A DNA stretch of 64,000 bases. It comes from Antedon mediterranea (taxonomy: Eukaryota; Animalia; Echinodermata). Below the pieces are notes generated by a model that saw nothing but the letters and a program-made list of their open reading frames with translations, searched no databases and was not told the DNA's origin. The stretch is taken from assembly GCF_964355755.1 (NCBI RefSeq), contig NC_092680.1, positions 3,534,001 through 3,598,000 on the forward strand, written 5' to 3'. A program made the position numbers and the translations under genes. This document shows positions 11,901-26,900 of this stretch, one piece after another (position 1 is the first letter of the stretch; every line of letters begins with the position of its first letter).

Positions 11901-14900
11901 GTATATATTGTCCTATAACATTATTATTTTAAAGATAGAATTAATATATTGTTTGAGGGTTTGCATGGCGAAATCAATATGTTACGATACACCACGTGAA
12001 TATAGTTCTGAAAAGAACTGTTGAGTTTCGCAAAGTTTTGATCAATATACTTCGATCATCCTCAGGAGTGAAATATATGTTGTGTACCGCAAACTTGATA
12101 TTAACAAAATTAGAATTATTACTAATCAGAATAATTATTGCATAATATATATATATAATAATATAATTAAAAAAAAGAAAATAACACATAAGAAGGCCAA
12201 CTTATATAAAGTGGCCCTATTAAACAATTCTTGTAAAAAAAAAGAAAGAAGAAAAAAAAAGTTATAAGCCAATAAATATCCCTTAAATATTTCAATATTT
12301 CTTTATAATTTGTTTTGTATCTCTTGTATCTAGTGCATAAACATTTGAAAGAAATCTATTTCTTTGATATAAATAATCTTGTAGACTAATCACACTTAAT
12401 ATATAGGCACTTTTAAGAAAGAAAGAGATACTGCCATCAGCATGTTTTTGTCATTTTGATGAAAATGATGTCAGATGATGAAAGATTTCACTTTCATTCT
12501 CCGCCATCCATGTTGTGACATTTATAAAGATGTCTAAACATCAGTACCTGGTACCTAAAATAATAAATATTATGAAGAAAAAGTAATTTAAACTGGTATA
12601 TAAAAGACACAGGAATCTGAGGAAAAGTACCATGTTTTGCCAATACTCCAATAACCAAACATACTTTGTTCGCAAAGTAATACACTGAGAAACACACTTT
12701 GCGAAAACATTGCAGAAAGCTACTTTGTTAAAAGTTAAAATTAAAGGTATTTGTATATCTATTTTATAGGATCCCAAAAAAAACTCAAGCAAGAAGTTTT
12801 TCCAACCATGAAAATACTCCTAAAAAACATTTCACGGTTCTAATAAAGTAACTACTGTATGCTATACACACAGTGAATGGTTGTCAAACTATTCTAAACT
12901 GTATAGACGTCATTTACAAAATCTAGCTGGATTTGTGTCAACTAATTCACGTCATATCGTCACTCCCATAGGAACAGTTGTTGCATGTCTTGGCTTGTAA
13001 AAAACAAAGTGTTACTATGGATAAGTATTTAATAAGGGTAGGCAATCAAATCTTACAGAAAGACTAAATGCAAGTGAATAATATTACACATTATTTATAT
13101 TTTCTACAAGAAAAAGGATTAATATTTTAGGGCCATAACAGATATAAATAAATTAATTACAATCTCATGTCTATAATTATTGTGACTTGCCAATCTTTAG
13201 GTCTAGAACACGTAGACCTCTACATAAAAATAAATTTGTTACTGTCAAAAGTTATATCCAAAACCAATAGTTTTGCAAAAATTTGTTTAAAGTACTTTTA
13301 TTTATTAACTCAAATTATGTCCATAATTATTTCTTAATGACCTGGTAGGTCAACAGGAAGTAATTAATAAATAATAAAAGTAAGGTGTTAATCAAGGGAG
13401 TTAAAACAACTACTGAAGAATCAATGTAGCTCACAATGTAGCATGCTTTGGTCTTTATCTAATGTCAATATTCTTATTTTTAAATTAATTCAATTAGTTA
13501 TACAATTAGTATTAACTTATTTAATTATACTGTAATTTAAAAGTTTACCAATTTTCGAAAAGGTATTATATTAAGCCAAGATGTTGGAAAACAATAAATA
13601 AGAAATTAAATAAAAAAAAAACTGTTCTTAAAATATATTTTTTTTAAATTTCTTTTGCTACCCAACTAAGTCTATAAAAAAAGTTGTTAAATTATCCTTT
13701 TCTTATCAAACTATAAACAGGTGTTCATGTTTCAAATGATTACTATGGTATGTCTTATTAATAATGCAGTTTCATTTTGAAGATTGAACTGACAAGATCA
13801 GGATTATAAAGAAATCAAAAACTGTTACATAGTAAAGTAACAAGAGGTATACACTGGCTGAAACATTCCATTTTACATTGAAAAGTCAAGAACTGTTCCT
13901 ATAGTGAGTAAGTTCGCTTTTGGCAATCATTGGCATTTCTCATTGTTTGTCTTTTTCTATAATTTTGATTGTGCCGAAATTGAACAAATCAAAATCAAAA
14001 TTGCATATAAGACAGACATAAAGAGCAGAACATTCCATTTAGCCTAAAAGTAAATTTATTTTCAGGACTTTAAAATTAAAAATGATCTCTATGATTAACA
14101 TCAAGATTAAAGCTCTGATAACAATTTATCTTTGGCATATATTACAGTAATTTTCGGATAAAGATCTAATTTAATTTCAGCAACCAGTCGATTATTTTTA
14201 AGAATAGGCAAGTAGAAATATTTTGAACAACTACATAAAATAAAAATAAAATACAAAGATATCTCAAAAAGTATAAAAAGCAACAGATAACTTTATTAGG
14301 GGGCAAAGAAAATTCAGATTCAAGAAAGTGGTATAGCACCATGAAAGGAAAAAATTATGGAAAGGTTTGCAAGAAAAGAAGGCATGAAAATAAGATTGGA
14401 GGAAAATGGTATAGAGTATGGAATGAGTAGATAACAAGGAAAGATATGTTGAAGAGAGGATGAGAAATAGATTGGAGGAAAATGGTATAGGATTATGGAA
14501 TGAATAGATAACAAGGAAGGATATGTTGATGAGAGGATGAGAAATAGATTGGAGGAAAATGATGGAAAAGTTTGCAAGAAAAGAAGGCATGAAAATAAGA
14601 TTAAAGGAAAATGGTATACTAGAGTATGGAATGAATAGATGACAAGGAAAGATATGTTGAAGGAAAGAGAGGATGAGAAATAGATTGGAGAAAAATGGGG
14701 GAAAGGTTTGCAAGAAAAGAAGGCATGAAAATAAGATTGGAGGAAAATGGCATAGGATTGTGGAATGAATAGATAACAAGGAAAGATATAGTGAAGGAAA
14801 GAGAAGATGTTGGAAAGTGGTGGAAAGGTTTGCAAGAAGGGAAGGCATGAAAATAAGATTGGAGGAAAATGGTATAGGAGTATGGAATGAGTAGATAACA

Positions 14901-17900
14901 AGGAAAGATACGGTGAATGAAAGAGAGGATGTTGAGAAATAGATTGGAGGAAAATGATGAAATGGTGAATATTGTAATAATGATAAAATCTAATTTTACT
15001 TATAATGACAACCCTGATGATGTTTGATCTAAGAATAACATTTTGTACAGTAGTTCCAAAATGCATTCAATAACATGTTTCTCTCTGTAGTTCCCAAATG
15101 AATTCAATAACATTTTCATACATGACATATAAAAATGACCTTATTAAAAAATATGGCTCAATAATCCAGCTTTAACATTTCTCTCATCTCATAATCTGAA
15201 ATCAATGTTTCACATTATTCACATTGGAAAGACCACAACCTACTTTCACTAATGATTAAATGTCCTTTCCTTTGTAATATCAACCACGATGACACCATCC
15301 AAAAAAACTACTATCAATTTTGTACATTAATTAATGTAATCACAAGTAATATAGCAAAACAATCCTGATGACTTGGCAAGTGTTTTACTGCCAACAAACT
15401 TCTAAATGTTGTAGGCGTTTAGCAAACCATGCTAAATTAAGTACATGTGCTTCTTTTGACAGAATGTTACAGTATGCTTGCCCAAGATAATGTGCATTTT
15501 TGTCGTTTCTTTGTTACATGCATTTATTTATTATTTATTTTTTTGTTTTGTATTGCAATATATTATTTTTTTTTTCAATTTTTGAATAAAAATGTCATCA
15601 AAATGAAAATTGACTACATGAAATAAAAAATATATAAGGGTGAAAATATTATGTGATTCAATTGAATATGGAAGGTCATCTAATAGTAGAGTGTCTATAA
15701 AGCATAAGGCCAAGAGTAAGTTTCTAACTAATTTTCCCTTTTTGCAGATTTTTAAATTTTATAATTCCAGATTTTGCTAAAAAACATCAAAAGCATATCT
15801 TGATATTGAAATATTATAATTATAAGTTAATTTGAATTTAAATCTTAATAATTGAAAACCATATAACTTGTCTATGGCAACTGTTACCCAAGGTCCTTCT
15901 TAATAGTTAAATTTTAAGATTATTCAAATCTATCGTACTTATCTCAGAGCTACAGGCTTCTAAGATATATAATCTTCTCTCTTCTAGTTCAGTACATTAG
16001 TGGTTTTACATACAACTTATTATTGCATTACTTTCTTTTGGCACGTTTTAACATCAGTTGCCAACCAGGAGTATAAGTGGTCACAGTAAAGAAATTGCGC
16101 TGATTTAATAGCAAAATTTAAGAAGTAACCTCTTGAAAAAGTAGAAATTGTGAATTTATTAAAAGGAATAAACAAATTAATGCTTTACAAATAGTAAGAC
16201 TGCTTTATAATGGAAACAAAAAATTGGTCAAAGTCTCAAAGAATACAGTGTAGTTGGGATGCCTCTATTCAGGGGACACTTTTCCATAAAATGAATGAGG
16301 AGCAATCATTGTTAGAACACTAACAGAAAACTTTTATTCAGGAGACACTCTTATAAAGACACTTTGTAGGGTCCAAAATGTGTCCCCTTAATAAAGGCAG
16401 TATTGACTTGGAAACAATGACAATAAAATCTGATATAAAAATTCCAATTTCTCACAGCATATTCTTGACATTTATATATCGTATTTTTATATATCGTATT
16501 TTGTATCATCTTCTTCCCAACTTTTTTATTATGTTTTATTTATTTTTTCTGGGAGGCTACTTTAGGCGTAAATTTTTAAAACTTATATTGGTTTCCTTCC
16601 ACACATACTATGTTTTTTTATTGGTATTTATATTCTAATTATAAAAATGTATTGTCCCCCTAAAAAAATAATTCTTAAAAATGTTTTTGTTGAATGATAT
16701 GCCATTTGAATATTATCACCTAACAGTTATCCACTTTACCAAAAATCTGATCGAAAAAAAAATGTATTTATCTAAAAAAATGTAATTTAACCATTTTTTT
16801 ATTTACGTGAAAACATTTATTTGTTCAGGTTTTTTTTTCTATGAAAGTGATTAACTTTATTAAAACTTCAAAATAATCTATTCAAAGTCTGACTTTATTA
16901 ATTTGTATTTTTCATGTTTTTAGGGACAATACATCTTTAAAACATTTTCTATGGAAAGCATTTCAAATCAAACTGATAATATTTATAAATTGTTCAAATG
17001 CCAAAGAGACAATCTGAAGTATTTTGGTACACTATAAAGTATAATGATTACAAACGCCTACATATAATTTAACTATGTTTCATATCTTAACTACAAAATA
17101 AGCATAATACCTCAATTAAGAAACTGAAGTGCTAGGTCCCTGGTTTTGCTTCCCCTTAACGTCATCAATGTCGCTGTGTCTGGTGGGTTATTTTCGGAGT
17201 TCAGTCAAGGACAAATACTTTAGGGCATTATAATATAACCACTTTTGCCATCAAAGGTCAAGGTGGATCATAATTATTAAATATAGATATTATTGATAAT
17301 AAGTATCATATAAATATTTTTCCATTAAACAAAAAGATTATATCATACACATTTTTCTGCAAAAAGTATAATAATTAAGATGTCCAGAGGTGCCTGAAGA
17401 TTCAGTTAATAAACAAAATTAATTTTTTAGAAAAGTGAACTGTATGACTTAAAAAATTATTTCAAATTTGAGTTGGAGTTTAATGATACATGAAACTGGC
17501 CTACTATACTTGTAGAATAACAATGCTGAATGAAAAGAATATCAGGCGCAGAGGGTCTAAAAATGGTATGAAGTGAAAACATAACATAGTCTTAAAATAT
17601 CTTTTGTCATTTATGGATCCACCTATCACATTTATAGATTTTCCAACTCTGCAAGGAGGATATTCTACTCCAAAAGTATTTAATGTTATTTTTTTGTTTT
17701 TCAATTTTTGATAACTGAATAATAATTTATTTGTTCTTTTCTGCGTAAATAAGAAGTATTTCTTGCTTTTGACTACGCTATTGATGACCTTTCTTATAAG
17801 TAGGTTTACTTCTTTTTTCTAAATTTCAAATATTATTTTTAATTTCTATATTACTCTTTCATTCACATACAAAATTCTTTTTTTCTTTTATGCTAGAACT

Positions 17901-20900
17901 AAAATTCCAAAATGTTGGTCGCTGCACCAATTGACATTCTGTTCAATTGTGAAACAAAATGAAATTTTAAAGATAAAGTGATTACAAATTACAACTGACA
18001 GTACTTGGTACATGTAAATCTAATATAATCAAAGTTAAATCAATTTCTCTAAAACGTTTAGAAAATTATTAATTGTTTTGTATTTGATTTAAGAATTTAA
18101 AATATTAAATACTATAATTATTAAATTATTATCTAAAATTATTAACATACAGAAAAACTAAAGGTCTTTTTTTTTTTCCTCAAATATTTTTCTTTTCATT
18201 TAAGATTTGTTTTCATCCAAAGAGAGAAGAAAAAAAATAAAATAAATAGAATAAAATACATTTTAATGTATTTTTTTTTTTTTTAATGAAAAGGTCTATC
18301 AACAAGAATCTAAAAGCTTATATCAACTTTACAAGGAACAGTCGATAGTAGGCTGTGGTTCCCTACCACCTAAACCACCCCTACTCCCCTTGATTTATTG
18401 TCAAACTATTAACCCTAGCCACCCTAGAACATGCATAATTGAATGCACTATTTAATTACTGTAGGATGTACCTCTGGAGAATTTCAGTACAACTTCTATC
18501 ACCCTGTGTTATGTCATGTGGTTACACTGAAGATTCTGTCTTCCAGATTCAAAACTGATAATAATTTAACAAAACTTTGCGAGATATCTTTAGACACACC
18601 AAAAAACAAAAATTACTACAATACAGTAAAATTAATTTATGTAAGATATAAGCAGATAATTTAACAATTGCTTTAGTTTATTTATTTATTTAGTTTATTT
18701 GGGAATAAAGTAGAAATAAAATTAAGGGGACACCTTTGGAAACAAACAAAGAGAGGTTAATCAAAGCGTTAAAACATATATTCTACCTTTTTTGTTTCTG
18801 GGCATCATCAATCTTTAATTAATAAATAATTAATAAATAATATGTGTATAGGAAAAAGATTTCTCTGTACACGCGAAATTATCCTCACACCTGACATACC
18901 TGAAAGGACTGGCCCATTGTATCGTTTCACAAGTTTATCTCTATTGGACGTCCGAAGCAGGTCACTTGCCCTATTTGTCCAGATATATTCTGGGTCAATT
19001 TCATTTTGTCGTAACACATCTCGTAACTGAGTAATTTCTTTCTGAAAAACAACAATTTTATACTTAATTAAAATATCTAATCTTAGACTTGACGATAAAT
19101 TGTATTGTACTAGATTGAACATTAAATATCTCATAATAAAATGGTCTTAACATGGAACTATAAATTAGAGGTCCATGGTCATAAGCTCTGTCTACACTAT
19201 CAAGCTAGTTTGACAAAAAAAAAGTGTGATGTGCCCAAATATGGTAGTGATATGCCTAAATATGGTAGTGATATGACATCATCATGTCCTTATATGGGCA
19301 CATCCCATTTTGTAAAATGCGTTCTGAATAATAATTTTGTTTATTCAGCTATTGATTAATAGCAAAATAAAGAACAAAACTTTTGTTTGGCTTATATGGG
19401 CACATCACATGTTTTGTCAAATAAAGTTTGATAGTGTAGCAGAGTTTATGGGCCTGTTTCTATTGAAAAATAAAAAAAGAACGGTTTTTTGGAAACCGGT
19501 TTCGGCTGTTGTTTATAAATAAAGATCGCGTTGCAGCTCAATTTTTACTCCAATAAAACCGGTTCCGTCCATGTGCGTTCGTTATGAATGACGTCATTAT
19601 ATACACCACAATGCAGTTCGTTAGGCGGAAGCGCGATTTGATCGAGGTCATGTTTACTTTTTTTCGCATAACGCGATCCCCAAGAAATAGCATCCATTTC
19701 ATCATAGAAGGGGGAATTATTACCTGAAACGTTATTGTGGTCCTTGGTTAAAGTATAGGTACGTCGCACCCTCTGATATTGTCAAGTTGAACTCGTCTAT
19801 TTTTCACACGCTTTACAATATTCTTAAAAACATGTAGGCCTATAATACGTGAGTCTTTCTTCCGACTCCCGACAAGTCCCCTCATCTTCTTTCCTTCACA
19901 TATTTTTTACGAACCTCGTAATGGCATCGGTCAACATTTTTTAGTTAAATAAAATACTCACTATCTAGAGAAATAAAAATGACTTAGGCCTAGGTCCTAT
20001 CGCGCGAGTTTGACTGCGAGTTGACCGCAATCATCCCAGTGCAGCAGCAGACTGCAGAGTTCAGTTTTTGGGGTCAAATTGAGACCGCGATTGTGTTGCA
20101 GCTAAAAATTGCTCCGCGGAAACCGGTTTCAGAACGGTTTTCTGCGATCGAGACCGCAATCAATTGGGGTTTTTGAAACCGTTTTTAAGATCGGTTCTTT
20201 TTTGTGGTTTTTTGTGGGGACCCATTTCTGCTGGCAAGAAAAAACGGTTCTTGAAAAGAACGGTATTCAAAACCGTATTCTCTGCTCTATAGAAACAGGC
20301 CCTAAGAATGTAGAGGATGGGATAATTTGTAAATATGAAAGTTCCAAAATAAAAGAACTATAAAGAATTAACAATACAGCTGTAAAAAGAACAATATAGT
20401 CATTATTGCCATGGAAACACAATGTAAACTTTCAATTCACGCAGCCATTGCCACATTTGTCGTCAATTTTCATCTAATTCTGTCATAGTTTCGGTACAGT
20501 TCAAACGCAAAACAAAAATCCCAGCTTGTCTTAAATTAATCAATTAGTCTTAAATTCAGCCAAAGTGACTTAAAACCTGTACCAAATAAATACATTTTGA
20601 GTCACATATTCTTTATAATATATAAAAACAACAGTGCTTCCACTTTTAGAACATTTGATAAATGAGACTCAAATGTTCATATTGAATTTATATGAAACAA
20701 GTCACTTAGTTAATACTACGAAATAGGCTGAAGGAGGAAATCCACCTCCCACGAACGTCATAGTATAAAAAAGAACGGTTAGCGACTGGTACAAGCGCCC
20801 CCGTAAAATAAGAAAACGTTAATTCAGTTTAGGTACAGTATAAAAATTAAATAATTAAAAAGTGCAACTACATCTGGCATGTTACCAATATTGGATTTAT

Positions 20901-23900
20901 TTAGAATTCCTAGAAGAATAATATTATATTTATGTTTTATTTGTTTGTCACTGTTGTCACCTAGTTTTTTAATGTAGTGATCCAATACATTCCAATGTTT
21001 GTACAGTGGGCTAATTGCTTTGTATCAGGGACCATAATATGTTTTCTTTTTTCTCTTTTTCTTGTTTTTATGTAGGTAAGTCCTTCTGGGGCCCCAGACA
21101 TTTCATGTTATGGTGACTCTGTTGCTTTTGGGGTCCCAGGACCTGATGTCGAATAAATGAGATATGCATTAATTTTAGGGCCTGGAATGAGGAATGAGAC
21201 ATTTATAAAATGTTGACTAAGGTATAATTGGTACCTAATCAACAACAGTGGTGGATAAAGACAGGGGGTGGGTTATAGTATAATAGTCCCCTCGCTGCTT
21301 CTACTCCTCCTCCTCCTCCTCCCACTCAAACTCATCAAATTCACTAATAATGAATAATTATTTCATATTTGTTTACATAATAAACCATTTTATCAATTTT
21401 TTGCAACTATATAGAATTATAATATATGCCAATATAAATTATTAATAAACATAAATAAACAGGAATAAACATGGCTGGGGAAACTATATGAACCTCTACG
21501 GAATCAATTTATAATCAAATTAATCATAAATAAAAATAAACTATGTCTGGGTTTTCAGAAAAAACTTTTATATAACCTATTATATATGCATGTTAATATT
21601 ATTTATTAATTGTTTTTTATACAATTTGGTGCTGAGATTTTGGCTATGGGAATAAAACACTTACAGACGGCGCACTCTATTGATGGAGTCGCAAAATCAG
21701 GCCAAGCGTGTTGCACAATTTCAAAGCTCTTTTTACAAAGGCTGATCATGCAATAGTTTTCTTGAAATTAGAGAAAATATTGCACAGAATAGATATAAAA
21801 TCAACTTAGTCAAATAAAAATATTGTTGACTATGAATTGCTAAAAAAACCCATTAAGACCATATTAAAAACTTTTCCTGTTTAAATAGCTTCTTACCAGT
21901 TGCTGATCATATTGTGATTGTAGCGCATCAGCCTGAGCCTCTGCTTGTCGTCGTGCGTACCTCTCCATGTCCATTTCTTCCCTAACAATTCTTCGCATGC
22001 GTAAAAGCTCACCTGAAAAAGTTTTGTAAAATATTTTGTCTTATATTGGACATACAGTAAAGATGATAAATGAAAAAAGAACTGTGATTCTTGAGCTTGA
22101 TATGCCAGCACAATACCATACTGTACAACTGGGGCTTGGATAGAACCTTCCTCATCATAGAAAATCATTAAAGATGTATTGTCCTCCAAAAACATGAAAA
22201 ATGAAGATTAATTAAATCAGACTTTGAATACCGTACCTTATTTTGTAGTTAATATAAAGTTAATCACATCCGTAGAAAAAAAAACAAAAAAAAATAATGT
22301 AAAATAAATGGTTAAATTCAACCAAAAATCCATTGGCTGGCAGCCAATTTGACCATTTTTTGCTTTAAATTACATTTTTTTCAGGTAAATACACTTTTTT
22401 TTTACCCAATTTTTGGTCAAAGTGGATAACTATTACGTTACATTAAAATGGAATATTCAACAAAATTTGTTTTAAGAATTATTTTTTCAGGGAGACAATA
22501 CATCTTTAACTTTCAATATGCACATGCGATGTCCATTTATCTACCTACAGTATCATGCTTTGAATTAGTAATAATATTATTAATTAATATATTTAAATGT
22601 TCCTTTAGAAACTGTTGTAATTATTACAATGGCTAACAGAATGGATGGTACTCAAACCACAGAAAAAATTACTAATCATCCACAATAGATGAATAAATTA
22701 ATTTGAAAAATGGAACATTATATTATTAAACAATGCTACTTGAACTTGCTTGGCATTTTAAAGAACAATAAAAGACCAACGACCAATTCATTCAATTAAA
22801 TCATTACAATGGCGGTATAGTTCACTGACAGTGTCATCATGGGAATAATATGGTGCATTCAACTAAAGTTGAACAACAATAAAGGCCTTCCAACATTCAA
22901 TCAATTGGATGTTTTTAACTGTTTTTTACGCAATTCAACCCAACATTAACTTGTCAAATTTATGCATGCTGCCAAGAAAATGGAGGTAATTTGAATTCAC
23001 ACACCATTTATCAATTATTCCTACTGTAAACAGCAGGCCTTTTCTATACAGACAAATCATGGAGGACATTTTCTCCATGGACAAAGTTAAAAACCAGTCA
23101 CTAAAAATAAAAGCATATTTTACAGTATAAATGCTATGTTATATTACTGTAGGTTTCGATCTTTAGGAGATATAAATTTCTTAGTTTTTCTGTCAATAGG
23201 GAAACTTTTCTTGGCTTCCATTGTGTCCTGTTCCATTTTGCAATTGTTTATTGGAAAATATTGTTTTATTTATTTTAAGTTTATGCCCTTGTTATTTAAT
23301 AAAAAAACATTCAATTTTTCGGTTGTGGTGAAAACTTACTATGAATAATGCCGTAAAACCTCCAACAACGGAGTACTATAAGATTACTTGCTGCGATAGT
23401 GCCCGGATATTCCTCATTCACTCCGCACACGTGAAAGACTAAATCGAGTATAAACGCTATCAACACAATTGCAACATCAAATATCTATAAAGAGAAAATA
23501 TAATCATACAAAATGTTAGCATGTAAAAATATGTACAAATAATTGTAAAATTAAGAGATTATAAATGAGTTGCCTTAAAATAAAGGAATATAGAGAAGAT
23601 AGTAACGGTACTGTATACCTCCCTGGAAATTGTAACCGAGAACAGGAAAGAGATAGGCCTACAGGGCGTATATAAAATACAGCATACTTGAAAAGCAAAA
23701 GAGATACATGCTTCTTATGAAACCACACCTCCTCAACAACCTAGATTTAATTGAAATATCTTTTAAAATTCAATAAATATTCTATTTCAAAATTTCCCTT
23801 GCATATAGAGTATCACGGTGCTGACGTCACGACAGTAGGGCGCAACCAAAAATGCGTTCAGCCTGCCTGAGTGACTCCAAAATCACCAATGGTTTGGAAT

Positions 23901-26900
23901 AGGCTTATTGAAGTAGTCATTTTAAAACTTAATAATTTTCAATAAAAACAAACTAAAATTTCAAAAGATCACTAAATATTTGTTTTTAATAATCTATTTA
24001 TTCTTCAACTACAGTTTAAGTTTAAAAAAATCAAGCTAAGATACATAATTTGATAGAAATACAGATCTTCACTGTTTATCAACATAGTAGCGCTGAACGC
24101 GTTTTTTGGTTGGCTAGCAACCATGTAGCGCTCTCTATTGTTGTGACGTCACACCGTGATACTCTATATAGTATTCACTTTATTAAATATTAAAATAATC
24201 CGTTTCTGTGCAAAATATCAATTTATATAATAACAACAAGTCAGTTTGGTGCAAAAGAAACACCCAGACCGTGTTTGATGTTACTATGGGTAGCTTCGAT
24301 GGAGCAGAAACATGCGAATTAATTGGTTTGTTCATACTAGCCAAACTTGAGACGAAATATATGGTAACAGCATAGGACTCTACAGAGATGATGGAGTAAT
24401 GCTGCGTTTCGCAATACACCGCGCCAGATTGAAGAAATTAAAAAGGATCTTTGTAACACACTTTTTCTGTGTCTATACAAAATTAAACTGTACGAACGAT
24501 TCTCTAAATTTTGTCTAGCTTACAGCATGGATGCAAACAATATTGTCTAATCTGTAGGTCTATATGTACAAGGATTATATTAATTTATTTTGTTACAAAG
24601 AATCTGATGGTTCATGGTCACGGAAGATTGAAAGGCTGTCAGCACTAGAATAGTAGACTCATACAATGTAAGACATACCAACATACGGATATGTATACAA
24701 TAGTTTATTTGTTAAAGAAAATCGCAAATACATGTGATAAGGTTTGTGGTAGTAAGTACTGCAAATACTTGGTGTAATTACGAAAAAGAGAAAACAAATA
24801 TTTGATCTGTTTATCTTCAAGAAGGATACAAGAACATAAATAAGAAGGTAAAAACAACCTTGAATTTATTAATTAAGAAGTAAATAAAAGAAAAAAAAAA
24901 AGAAAAAATATAACACACATTATATATTATACATTTTTGTTTTTATTTGAGAAATAAAAATTATTAATTGATTGATTGATTGACATTATATATTATAACA
25001 CACATGAGTGAATCCTTTTGTATTACGTGGCATTCGCAATTAAATTCAATTCAATACGATTCAATTAAAAGCCCCACCTGCAATGTTTAATGTTTAGACA
25101 TACTCAAACTTGCAACCTCTTGGATACAGTACATATATACAAAACTAGAACATCAATAACAAATAAATTGCGTCACTCATGTTTTGTAATTCACCTGAAG
25201 TGTGTGACCAGTGCTGGCCATACGAAACACGCTTGTCGTGAATAAATTTGAAGTCATCTTAGTTCATCTCATATCGTTTTATTTTATTTAGCTCTACCTC
25301 GGTGTACAGAGCAATCTATCCAGGTGATCTGAATTATTTATATACTATATATTATATACAAAACTATATATATAAATAATATATGAAAAGGGTTAAACAT
25401 TATTATGGGGGTTCATGTTGTGTATTATCAATTACAAATATTAAAAAATATGAATCGAACTCGAAAGACACAAAACGCATGCCATCATGTGCGAATCAAT
25501 ACTTAATTTTTGGGGAACACTGTTTATACTTCTAATTTTCTCTTTATGAATTCCAGTACTGTACATGGTTATTGATAATAAATTTAAAGATTGAAAAATT
25601 TCAATACATCTCATTCTGAATGAATATATAACCCATAGGACACTGTACAGTACATAACTCCAGATATAACATTTATGGACTTCCCGGTCTCTTAAATTTA
25701 TTTATGTAGCATACCAAAACAACATTTTGATGAACCAAATACGTAAATCATTTATCATTTGCAAAACTAAACACTGTAGGTATCAAGGAAATAGTTATAG
25801 ATTGAATTTATGGTAAAACACATTCTAATAAAAATGTCAATTACCCATCCAGTATTTGAAACTATTTAAAAATAGTTTCAATTTGAATATTTTAGCAACA
25901 AATATGTCGGGTTATATTCTGTCTTAAGTATTAATACAGAATTTAATGGCGACACTGACGACACTTGATATAATTACAAAATTCTTTCATCAAATGGCAG
26001 GAAAAAATAATAGAGGTATCAAATAGTTATTTCTAGGTAAATGTGGAAACAACTATTTGAATAATTGAAAGACAATTTTAAATTCTACTTATAGAACGAT
26101 ACAATTCATCTTGAATTAACATCTTTAATTGACACCGACAAAATAATAACAATAAACACTTGTGTAGCCCTTAAAAAGGATTATCTTTCACAAAATTCCT
26201 GACATCACCTACTGTACAGCTGAAGGTTTAAAAGCATTAAATATCTTGTCTTTGTGTTTTCATATTTTCATGAAGCTTTTCATTTGGGGAAAAACCTCAT
26301 CACATGAATGATATTGCAAACATTATTAATAAAAATGTGTGTTCTGTGTTCATCCGTTTTTAAATATGGGAGAGCAGAACACCTGTCGTCGTAAGAAGCC
26401 AAAAAAACGAAAATGATCGTCGGTCTGACACCATATGCACTACAGTATGAAGCACGTCATATATGCTGCTTAAAGCTCTGTCCACACTATCAAACTTTAT
26501 GTGATAAAAAAACTGTGATGTTATATCACTACCATATTTAAGCATATCACTACCATATTTGGGTACATCACACCTTTTTTTTTCAAACTAGTTTGATAGT
26601 GTAGACATTTATAAAAAATGTGGGGTTCGTCAAAAAAGTGAGGGGACTATTCTCCTTTAAAAAAAATGGGGGATGTGTCAGTAGGCCTACTATGACAACA
26701 GCTGATATTATAACACACCTAGATTCTAGGCCATGTTGGTTTATCCAGGTAAGCTAGGCACATAGACTACATGTTACTGATCAAAAACAAATCGGAGAAA
26801 ATACAAATATGAAACATAAAAAAAAAACACATAGATTCTGTTTAGGAAGCAACATACATGGTCTTGATTTAACACATGTTTACAGTAAAGTGATCTGCAA

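Noticed and set aside
14264-15066. 194-aa and 248-aa hydrophobic ORFs
   Set aside because: They arise from the stop-poor pyrimidine strand of a tandem repeat; low complexity and no splice or homology support.
21893-22195. 100-aa ORF as listed
   Set aside because: Wrong frame; the real exon is 21897-22012 in another frame, and the ORF start lies in a K1 MITE.
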